Assembly: GCF_006345805.1 (NCBI RefSeq)
Contig: NC_043001.1
Span: 58,652,001 to 58,716,000, forward strand
DNA: 64,000 bases
From: Octopus sinensis
Lineage: Eukaryota
Direction: 5' to 3'
Position numbers and translations under genes: made by a program. This document shows positions 53,590-64,000 of this stretch, piece after piece (the first letter of the stretch is position 1; each line of letters starts with the position of its first letter). Under the pieces are notes generated by a model. That model ran no database searches. It was not told the origin of the DNA and saw nothing but the letters and a program-made list of their open reading frames with translations.

Positions 53590-54550
53590 AGGCGGCGAGC
53601 TGGCAGAAATGTTAGCACGCCGGGTGAAATGCGTAGCCGTATTTCGTCTGCCGTTATGTTGAGTTCCAATTCCGCCGAGGTCGACTTTGTCTTTCATCCT
53701 TTCGGGGTCGATAAATTAAGTACCAGTTACGCACTTGGGTCGATGTAATCGACTAACCCGTTTTCCTTTCCTTGTTTGTCCCTTCTGTGTTTAGCCCCTT
53801 GTGGGTAGTAAAGAAATCGGTATTTCGTCTGCCGCAACGTTCTGAGTTCAAATTCCGCCGAGGTCGACTTTGCCTTTCATCCATTCGCTGTTGATTAAAT
53901 AAGTACCAGTTACGCACTCAGGTTGATATAATCGACTTAATCCATTTGTCTGTCCTTGTTTGTCGTCTCTGTGTTTAGCCCGTTGTCGGTAGTAAAGAAA
54001 TAGGTAATTCGTCTGCCGTTACGTTCTGAGTTCAAATCCCGCCGAGGTCTACTTTACCTTTCATTATTTCGGGGTCGATAAATTACGTACCAGTTACGCA
54101 CTGGGGTCGATGTAATCGACTTAATCTCTTTGTTTTTCCTTGTTTGTCCCCTCTATGTTTAGACTTTTGTGGGCAATACAGAAATAACGTTTGCATGCTG
54201 GGCGAAATGCTTAGCGGTATTTCGTCTGCCGTTCCGTTCTGGGTTCAAATTCCGCCGAGGTCAACTTTGCCTCTCATCCTGCGGGGTCGATAAATTAAAT
54301 ACCTGTTACGCACTGGGGTCGATGTAATCGACTTAATTCGTTTATCTGTCCTTGTTTGTCCCCTCTGTGGGTAGTAAAGAAATTGGTTAATTCGTCTGTC
54401 TTTATGCTCTGAGTTCAATTTCCGCCGAGGTCGACTTTGCTTTTCATCATTTTCGGGTTGAGAAATTTAGTATCAGTTGAGTACTGGAGTCAATCAAGTC
54501 GACTGGCCCCCTACCCCAAAATCTGGGGCCTTGTGCCTAGAGTAGAAAAG
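53590..54550 (+). mobile_element. SINE S1 pentameric array (five ~170-215-bp modules)
   Basis: TTCGTCTG...GAGTTCAAATTCCGCCGAGGTCGACTTTG-like modules start near 53640, 53821, 54005, 54218 and 54388. Full head at 53590, partial head at ~54190, tail at ~54500-54550. Confidence 0.9.
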
Positions 54551-55153
54551 AATATATATATACACACCCTCAACACGCATAGACAAAGATAACTCACCTA
54601 CTAGCATACACTATGCATATGCGCACTAATCGGTCACAGACACATACACACACATATACATGTGCACATACCACTTGAAAAAACACACATCAACTGCTAC
54701 ACACAACACACACATATACCCACACACGTTTCACACACACACACACGCACATACGTCACTCACACGACTTCTTTCTCACATACACACATACACACTTTTA
54801 CAAACCATTCCCACATACACACACACGCTCATGCACCTTAGTTCGGTAGCATCACCATTATTATCTCTCATTCAACCTATTTTTTATTATTTTCCTCCTT
54901 TCAGCCAACCCCTTTTAACCAGTCATACGCCGCGTGACTGCTGAACTGTGCATTGTTGTTTTCAATCTCCGTCTGTTTTCCTATTTTCTGTATTCTTTCC
55001 CCCTTATTACTTTCTGTCGAAAAGAGTAGGCTCCATTTTTCCCGAACGTCAAACTATTACACCTTCTTGTTGCTCCTACACCTGTCTTCGTCTTTAGTTT
55101 TACTGTAGATTTGAACTACACATACACATATATACATATATACATAGATAACC

Positions 55154-55246
<93 letters not shown>

Positions 55247-55258
55247 TATAGATAGATT

Positions 55259-55322
<64 letters not shown>

Positions 55323-55323
55323 T

Positions 55324-55388
<65 letters not shown>

Positions 55389-57167
55389 CAGACAGATATA
55401 TAGATACGCATGTATGTATGCGTATGTATGTATGTGTATGTATGTGTGAGTGCGCATGCGTATTTGTGTGTGGATATGTAAATATTACTCTTTCCTGAAG
55501 ACCGAGTAGCTAACTACAATGCATGTCATCGTTTTTTCACAAACTCAATATATTCTGCTGTTACATTCTGTACATATCTTCACTCCTTATTTATCACTAT
55601 TTCTGTTTGGAAGCTTTTTTTTTTATTCAATGAAAAAACAAAAGAAATGTCAAGAAAACACTTTCTTTTCATTTTTCAATCTTTCTAGTTCTTTTATGTT
55701 CTCGTTTTTCTACATATACCTATTATTTATTTGTTGTCTTGCTTTAAGACAGAAAAGGTTTTCTCTTCTTGCCATTTGTATGAGATTCCCTTTATTCCCT
55801 TTATACATCAATGCATAATTTGTTATCCTAAATTAATTTTCTAGCTGCAGAAAAATCTATGCCCAGGAAGTCGAAATAAATATAATCATTCTGTGCCGGA
55901 TTTTAAGTGAAATACTCTAAAAGCTGTCATTATTATCTTCCCTTTCTGTTACCTGTGATTTTTATAATTCAATGATATATCTGCTGTTTTTGCTCTATAA
56001 GAATCACAGCATGCAATTTTTGAATTAAACATTTATCCTTTGCAACAAAAATATGTTACATTGTGCAAAAAATAGTGAATGTTAAATTCACAGAATTGGA
56101 AAAACAATGAAGAAAATACCTTGCTGTGTGTCTTTTCGACTCTTAAAGTTCTGAAATGAAACCTTACCCATACATATTATTACCATTCAGTAAATACTTC
56201 TGAAGTTTTGACTATGTGAGGAACATAATTACGACTGTAGTTGTCACAATGTATCGGCAGAATCTGCAGAGCAGTAAGAATAAACCATAGAACAGTTTTG
56301 AGATTCGTTCCTTTCCATTGTTTCTTCCTGTGCTACAGTGTTTGCTTTGTTGAATATTCGTTTCTATTAAGTCTACATTTTAACACACTTCTCAAGCAGT
56401 CAGTATACAATATGTAATATTCATGTGGCCTTCATAGTAGTTCAAAATATATTTTCTCAGACAAATTTTCGAACGTCGATAAATTAAATTCATTTTACAT
56501 ACCTGGGTAAATCTTTTCAAAAAGCTTATATGGATTACATATTTAAAATTTTTCAAAGAAAGGATATGATTTTTTTATATAATTCTCCAAAAAAAAAATT
56601 CTGATCATAGATAAATTGTGAGATTTCAAAGTTTATTTCTACTCATGCGAGAAACAAAAAATAACCTCTCTTCAAAGCAAACTGTGTTTTATTCTATATC
56701 TTACATTTTAGCCAATGCTTGTAAACACAGATTATTCCGAGTTTCATGAAGACTAGAATTTTTAAAATTAATATTTATAAAAACTTTACATGAAGTTCTT
56801 CGATTCATGTGAGCATTTCTTTAATTATATCCAGAATTTATAAGTCGAAAGCATCGGTTACTTACAGTATCCTCTAAAAGTATCAAGAAGTCTTAATCAA
56901 AGAAACACGGGCACGCATACATACACACTCATACAATGCAATTACTCACAGGTACAGAATATACACATACACATACTCATATACATATATACACTAGATA
57001 TCTCGAATTGACAGGATTCCATTGAAGCCTAATTTTCAGCCAATTTCTCATTATACTTATATGTAGTAAGTACATTCCTTGAATTAAATACAGAATCTTA
57101 TCACTAGTTTTCGTATTACGTTGTAATTTCAAATATTCCTTGATTAAAATACTCTTTCATACCAATA

Positions 57168-57468
57168 TCTTTATATATAAAAGTGAAGTTGCGTGAGTGT
57201 CTGTCTCCTACGATTTAGATTCCTAACAACTCCCACATTTTACGGTGCAGTTTAACCAAAAGCGGGTATCTTATAGTCGTGATTCATATCGAGCCCTTCT
57301 AGGTATTAGCGCGCGTCTACGATGAGTCTACGATTTAAAAAAAATTACCATCATTTTCTTCCATTTTTAATGCAGTTTTTTTGCTATTATATATGGAAGT
57401 AACTCTCTAAAAATGCTTATATACTTATTTGCCTTACAAACCCGAGCAACGCCGGGCGATACTGCTAG
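57168..57468 (+). mobile_element. Non-autonomous Helitron (301 bp)
   Basis: A|TC start (57167/57168), subterminal hairpin CCCG-AGCAACGC-CGGG at 57441-56, CTAG end at 57465-68 followed by T; no TSD. Confidence 0.85.
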
Positions 57469-57880
57469 TTATTGATAAAATCAGTTGTATACTCAGGAAA
57501 AGATATCAAATATATCGTTTTCTTTATCAATTTTTCGTTAATTTGAAGTAACATTCTTCAGTCACGATTCGATCACATTCACCAGCAGCTTCATAAAGCC
57601 GTTCGAATAGAGCCCTGTTTCAAAACGCCGGGATGAATTCCGACGTAGTGTTGCATTCAGAATGCCTGCAGCGTCCCTTCATGCTGCTAACGGCTTCGTC
57701 GTCTCCTTCTCAGTTGTCCATGTCATGTCTAACAACATTTACAGACTTCACAGAACGTTGAGCAGTAGCCATGATGTCGGCATTTTGATACTGAGCGTGA
57801 ATCATCATGATACAAGTGACTCTTTTTATATCATGTCAGCAAGCATTTTCTCAATGCCATTTACTGTTCGTCAAATTTAA

Positions 57881-58029
57881 CCATAGCAGCCTTTATAGCA
57901 CATTTGTGATACTTGGTAAGACATAGTTAAAGACATGACTCGTTTCAAAATATTGAAGTTCTTAATTCTTTCCATCTAACGCTCAACATGACTCTGAAGG
58001 TTTGCAATATTATGGGATTCCGAAACTTC
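57881..58029 (-). mobile_element. Inverted copy of the 3' end of the neighbouring DDE transposase
   Basis: The reverse complement aligns to 59180-59369, with ~10 mismatches over the ~95-bp core. Confidence 0.88.
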
Positions 58030-58133
58030 TCTCTTGTATAAGGTAGTTATCAGCCCCTGATTGGAACTCTCCCGTATGGCATGTACGCATACTTCTGCGG
58101 ATTACCAACTCACAAGCTGTATGACCGGTTAAT

Positions 58134-59358
58134 ATGTATCCGAAGAAATCGTGCAAATACTGTTGTATATGCAGCAATTACAGAGTGAAGTATGTAGAAG
58201 GCAAAGCTATTTCTCTTCGTAGATACCCTGCAAACGTCGCCATTCGTCGTATTTGGCTTCAGAGATCGAGACTTGTGAGGAAAATCTTTGTTTACACTTC
58301 AAATAGCCAGATTTGCTCCCAGCATTTCATGAATTCTAATATACCATCGACAGATAACACCTTTCCATTCGTTTTTCCAAACAAAGTATTTAAAATATCT
58401 GTAAGTGTATGATCATATACGCAATACCAGACCTTCGAAAGTAAGATGGTAGATTATGAAACACAGGCAAATGCACATGTGCTTACATATGAAGATGTGA
58501 AAAAAGATAAGCAGAAGCAAATTCCCCGACATTTGATTGTCTTTTTGATGAAATTAAAGATGATGCAGCAAGTGAAACTGCCAGACATGGTGCTTCATTA
58601 GAGCAAGAGAGACCCAGGCAGCTTGGATTAATTGATGAATTTTTTCTTGTACTTATGAGATTGCGACTTGGGCTACTATTAGAGGATTTAGCATATCACT
58701 TCTGCATTAGCACAACATGCGGCCCAATATTTAATAAGTGGATTGATTACTTAGATGTTCATTTATGATTTCTAGTAATATGGCCACCAAGAAAAGCAGT
58801 GAATGACCATATGCCACCATCATTCCATGCAAAGTATCCAACTTGTCGAGTTATATTTGATTGTACTGAAATACGATCAGAGACTCCTTCTTCATCACAA
58901 AGCAAATCATTGACGCACAGTGATTATAAATCAATATGACATGGAGGGGCTTAATAGGTATCATCCAGCTGGTGCAGTAACTTCTGTATCAGGATTATGG
59001 GCAGCGAATGTAAGTGATAACGTTATTACACAGGAAAAGCCATTTATTAGATCTCTGCGAAAGTAGCGATTCCATAACGGCCGGCAAATGATTTCTTATC
59101 TCTGACCTCACAGCACCCCTTGGGTTCCACTTGATCATACCTCCGATTAAAAACCAGAAAAAGCGACTGTCCAATAGGCAAGTTTCAGAATCACGGAATA
59201 TTGCAAACCTTCGGAGCCATGTTGAGCATCTGATGGAAAGAATTAAGAACTTCAATATTTTGAAAAGAGTCATGCGTTTAAGTATATCTTACCAAGTATC
59301 AAAAATCTGGAAATTATGTGCTAGACTGACCAATTTAGAGCCACTTTGTAATTCATAA
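58134..59358 (+). pseudogene. THAP plus DDE_Tnp_4-type transposase pseudogene (ISL2EU/PIF-Harbinger-like)
   Basis: THAP-like ORF 58134-58412 (CCICSNY...RYP...RRIW...ICSQHF...FPFVFP). Then EFFLVLMRLRLGLLLEDLAYHF, CRVIFDCTEI and HVEHLMERIKNFNIL...LTNLEPL; stops and frameshifts. Confidence 0.85.
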
Positions 59359-60574
59359 CTGCTATGGTTGTAAATCAATTAGCTCATGTATAAAGCCTAC
59401 CTCTCCTTATATTTAGAGAAATTTCAGCAAAAATCTTTCGATGATATCACGTAACACACAACAACAATGTTGTGGGTAGTCCGTGGAAGTAGAATTGTCT
59501 GCCTGGAGAGCCGCCTAGCCAGGGGAGATTATCTACTTATCTGAATGGCTCATATATTTCATCTCTTCAAGTATTTTAATCTATTTTGAACCGAGATACC
59601 TCTTTACATTTTGCGATTAATGTATACACACATAAATATACTTACACACACACATGCGCTCACACAAACACACACGCACACACGCGTGCACACACACACA
59701 CACACACACATATATATTGATTGTTATAATCTATATCAAGTGAGTACCAGTCGAGCACTGGGGTCAATGTATTCGACTAACCTCCTTCCCCAAACTGGCT
59801 GATTTGGTGCGAAAACTTCAAATGAATATTACATTAAAACACTAAGAAGCATTAGAAAAAAGAGAAAAAAATTAAAGAAAATTGGTCGGTAATACATATC
59901 ACAATGCAGTTCTATATTTAAGAGATGAGGAATTATGTACATTATTTATATTATACCCACGACGAAAAAATGATCAAGCTCAGTAACAATCTGTTAAGCA
60001 ACAACTACCCCCAAAACATACTATCGACTCCAATTATGAAGAAAAGAGAGGATGAAACCAATAAACTGTCTATAGTCAGTCTACCCTATGTGAAAGCCCT
60101 CGCCGAAAAGATACAAAAGATATGCGGCCCATATGACATCAGGACATTATTCAAGAGCAATACAACACTTCGCAAATATCTCCTTCGGGTAAAACCAATA
60201 ATAGAAGAGATATGACCAGAAACTGCGTGTACTCCATCCCATGCAGCTGTGGTAGGTTATATAAAGGCGAAGCATGCCGCCTCCTCAAAATAAGGGTAGA
60301 CGAACATCGTAAAGCTGTGACACGAGGAGATATTGATAAATCGGGTATAACTAATCATGTCTGGAAAAACGGAGACCACCTCCCGCCTGTGGGAGGAAGT
60401 TAAAATAAAAGACAGAGAACACAACTGGAAAATAGGAAAACTAAAAGAAGCAGCACATATAACAGGACAGAACAACCTCCTCAGCAGACCGAGTGCAGAT
60501 ATGAATGGTATATGGAAACTGGTATTAAGGAAAGATAGGATTTATAAGCCCTAAAATTCACTCCATAATTGCTA

Positions 60575-60630
60575 CGGCATATGGCGTAGTGATTACCCCA
60601 AGATTCCGAGTTCGATTCCAGGCAGTGACA
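60575..60630 (+). promoter_or_regulatory. tRNA-like head (A-box and B-box motifs, shortened spacing)
   Basis: TGGCGTAGTGA at 60582-92 and GAGTTCGATTCC at 60608-19; only 15 nt apart. Confidence 0.5.
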
Positions 60631-60725
<95 letters not shown>

Positions 60726-60726
60726 G

Positions 60727-60795
<69 letters not shown>

Positions 60796-60842
60796 TCGAA
60801 AATTACCTTAGGAAAGAGAACCCAGATTCGAAACTTCCCCAA

Positions 60843-60888
60843 GACACCTGATGAAGGCTGGACGGTATATCAGCCGAAACGTTGTGTT
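60843..60888 (+). ncRNA. Minimal type I hammerhead ribozyme motif
   Basis: Stem I GACAC/GTGTT, core CTGATGA(+A), stem II GGCTG-GACGGTATAT-CAGCC, then GAAAC-GTT with a palindromic ACGT stem III, as in Penelope-associated hammerheads. Confidence 0.8.
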
Positions 60889-62309
60889 AACAACAAACAA
60901 GATGAGGAACAATATCCGTCAAATATAAATTATGTAAATAATTTTTGATGAAATCATTTGTACGAGAAATAATAAAGGAAAATAGTTACTATTAAGTCAT
61001 TTTATATTCTTAATTCTCTGGTTTTATTATCGATCACTAGTTTGCTATCGTGCCTTTATGCTTTAAAGAAGTGTGTGCTGTCAGTTATTTCTAGTAAGTC
61101 GTGTATCTATGTAGAAGCTCCCAATTCCAATAATGTTCTTAGCACAAATTGGAATTATAATGTCCTAGTATAAATACTTGTTATAATCAATGTTGAAAGA
61201 CTTATTGAAAAATACTTTTGGTCATGCTTCAAACAGGAAGTGAACGTCTAGGTTATATGTAAATGGTGCCTATGTGCCTAACGTGAAAGTAAAGGTGTTA
61301 TTATCTGCGTGAGTCATTGTACAAGAGAATGAAAGTGGAAAATAATGAAACTCCGATGTACGTAACAGGTGATAAAATGTATATCTAAAGAAAACCCACC
61401 AAAATGATATATTACTATAAGGCAGTGTAATAGAAAAACTTACGAACAAAAGAAATCTCGAGGTCAAACGAGTCAAAATATCTGTTGATATCAAAAGAAA
61501 TCTTATTGCTTTCACTAAATTTCTCAAATGTAACATCCATTATTAGTGTCAATAGAAAAACATCACTGTAACAGATCTCGGTCTATGACAGTCATATATG
61601 TTGTTCTAAAAGAGAGATATGCAGACTAGGTTATGAAAAATATGTTTGCTTATGATTATATCAATTGCGTGGGAAATGATAGAAATGACGTCAACTGATT
61701 TACAATTAACAAATTCAGCGTAGTATTACGATCAGTGTCGTGGTTTTAATAATTGTTATAAATCTACGAATAGTATAGGATGTAGCTTTGTGGTACACAA
61801 TTTGAGGATAAAGGCATAATGAAAGGAATAATGTCATCAGCGGATAAAAATAAACGGTAATATTATGAAGTTGGCGATTTAGTATAAAGTGGTGGTTAGA
61901 CTACTGTGACAAAAAAAACAACGGTTTTATTGAGTATGTACAACATGAAATTTCATTCAAAGCAACCGAAAGTATTAATGCCTGGGCAACTACATTCAGT
62001 TTCTTCTTTCATGAGAATTAGTGCAAAGGAAAACTCTAGAAATTTAGTAATAACTTATTTAACAAAGGATCGGAAGCTGTGCAGGTATTTTCTGATCTTG
62101 CAGGCAGTCTCCAGGACGAATGCATAGACTGTCTTCCTGGAAGTGGCTTTTTCATACATTCTAGGAATTGCAAACTATTTCCCCGAAAGCGTGTGATTGA
62201 CTATATCTGATTGCGTGTACATCAATGTGTTGTTGGTGTGATTGTGTGTCTATGTTTGTGCATATCCATGTGATTTTGTGTTTGTTCGTTTGTGTGTGTG
62301 TGTGTGGTG

Positions 62310-62340
<31 letters not shown>

Positions 62341-62519
62341 TGTGTGATTGTGTGCGTGGATTTCGCGGTCAAACGTGTGTTTGTGTGTACGTATGTGTAT
62401 TTTCATGAAAATACGATTGAAACAGCGTCAGATAAAAGGTGAGTAATGATAAATGGATTGCAATCAAAACACTTGCATTAAGAGGACAATAAATAAAATC
62501 TACACATGCGTGACTGTAT

Positions 62520-62675
62520 GGAAAGGAGCTTGCTTCCCCACCACATGGTTCTGGAATCAGTGCATGATATCTTGGACTAGTCTTTTTTTACTACAGTTTT
62601 CGGCCAAGTCTAGACTTGTGAGCGGATTTTAATCGATGGAAACTTGAAGAAGTCTTTCGAATGCATGTATGCATG

Positions 62676-62744
<69 letters not shown>

Positions 62745-62771
62745 AACATATATATATATATATATATATAA

Positions 62772-62805
<34 letters not shown>

Positions 62806-62985
62806 GTATATATATAAATATATATATATATATACATATAAATATATATATAATGTGTGTGTGAGTGTGTGGTCGGCCATCGCTTTACAACCAGTGCTGA
62901 TATGCTTATGTAATCACAACTAAGCAGGACGGCAAAAAGACCGACAGAATATATACCAGACTTAGAAGCAGTGCGCCAGCATTAC
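62520..62985 (+). mobile_element. Diverged SINE S2 copy with long internal (TA)n
   Basis: GCTTGCTTCCCCACCACATGGTTCTGG...CTTGTGAGCGGATTTT...GGAAACTTGAAGAAG...GGCAAAAAGACCGACAGAAT. Confidence 0.7.
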
Positions 62986-63564
62986 ATATGTCTAATAAAT
63001 GAAGCAATTGAGAGATATATACACACGTACATACATATTTACAAATAAGAAAATGATAAAGAAAAAGGTGTCAACTCGTATGGAATAATTTATTAAATAG
63101 TCGTCCTACTTACTGGAAAAATGTTAAAGGTAGGGAAATATCCTAACATGTATCCCAAAGAAAGTAGGATCAATGCAGCAAATATGTACCTAAAATCTGT
63201 GGGAGTGTATATCTATATGTGGCGTCAAGCGTTTTAAGAATGTTAATTTTGTCCTCATGATTTAAAATATTCAATTGGTAACATTCGTCAGAAATCAATA
63301 AAGTAGTAATTTCAAGCGGAAATTGAAAGCTGAACTTAGGCTGAAAAATTATTTACAGTCTCAGTTTTTTTTATGGGGAGAGAAGCCCCATCAAATACAC
63401 ACATCATAAAATTTGCAATTTCATAAAGCTCCAGTCGCCTGCAATTTCGTCCAGATCAATTCGTCATCGGTACTGAAAACACTATTCAACCAATATAAAT
63501 TGTTTTGCTTCTTCGGTAAATGTATGCGTGAAAAAGTTATTTGTTTCTTAAGTATTTCATATTT

Positions 63565-63977
63565 CTTTACTACCCACAAAGGGCTACACAAAAAGAGTAC
63601 AAACAAGGACAGACAAACGGATTAAGTCGATTTTATCAAACCCAGTGCGTAACTAGTACTTAATTTATCGACCCCGAAAGGATGAAAGGCAAAGTCGACC
63701 TCGGCGGAATTGGATCTCAGTAGGTAACGGCAGACGAAATACCTATTTCTTTACTACCGACAACGGGCTAAACACAGAGACGACAAACAAGGACAGACAA
63801 ACGGATTAAGTCGATTACATCGACCCGGGTGTGTAACTGGTACTTATTTAATGAACCCCGAAAGGATGAAAGGCAAAGTCGACCTCGGCGGAATTTGAAC
63901 TCAGAACGTAGCGGCAGACGAAATAACGCTAAGTATTTCGCCCGGCGTGCTAACATTTCTACATGCTCGCTGCCTTA
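63565..63977 (-). mobile_element. SINE S1 head plus two modules, no tail
   Basis: Two copies of GTCGACCTCGGCGGAATT ~190 bp apart; head ends GCTCGCTGCCTTA. Confidence 0.85.
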
Positions 63978-64000
63978 TTTCTCAACTATTTCAGTTGAGT

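Larger units (their letters stand above)
59907..60943 (+). mobile_element. 5'-truncated Penelope-like element (possibly Poseidon-type) with a terminal repeat region
   Basis: SLPYVKALAEKIQKIC, NCVYSIPCSCGRLYKGEACRLLKIRVDEH (GIY-YIG) and KLKEAAHI; downstream hammerhead; 22-bp inverted ends at 59931-52 and 60922-43. Confidence 0.85.

Noticed and set aside
53590-54550. Regular repeat array as a possible CRISPR
   Set aside because: Units are ~180 bp and homologous along their whole length, with no unique spacers and no cas genes. The context is eukaryotic, and monomers occur as SINEs.
56120-56150. Possible 31-nt minus-strand micro-exon (TTTCAG...AAG|GTATTT), and a donor near 56500
   Set aside because: Such signals are common in AT-rich DNA, and I could not build a consistent reading frame.
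62103-62140. Interleaved stems GGCAGTCT/AGACTGTC and CCAGGA/TCCTGG (pseudoknot or HDV-like ribozyme)
   Set aside because: Loops of 0 and 1 nt are sterically implausible, and there is no P3/P4 or catalytic J4/2; likely chance.

Overview
AT-rich, microsatellite-saturated eukaryotic DNA. The SINE families resemble those I recall from octopus genomes; this taxonomic call is inference and was not searched. I can support no host protein-coding gene, and most ORFs in the track are microsatellite artefacts. The window is a transposon graveyard containing: (i) about 11 fragments of R4/Dong-like non-LTR retrotransposons with a restriction-like endonuclease (RLE), most sitting in or next to (TAA)n arrays, including three ~98-99% identical young copies; (ii) a Tx1/L1-like 3' end flanked by (ATT)n and an older Tx1-like RT remnant; (iii) a ~540-560 bp non-coding element with fixed ends embedded in ATT/ATC arrays (2 full copies, 2 partial); (iv) two Penelope-like elements, one ending in a tRNA-like head, (AAT)n and a minimal hammerhead ribozyme; (v) a full-length dead mariner, two other Tc1/mariner fragments, a 301-bp Helitron and a THAP-DDE (ISL2EU/Harbinger-like) transposase pseudogene with an inverted partial copy; (vi) three tRNA-derived SINE families, one occurring as monomer, dimer and pentamer; (vii) a tRNA-Asp pseudogene and several near-perfect hairpins or palindromes. 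The best candidates for something undescribed are the microsatellite-targeting retroelement community with its non-coding passenger, and the tRNA-head/hammerhead Penelope terminus. Coordinates were read by eye, so degraded-element edges are approximate (tens of bp).
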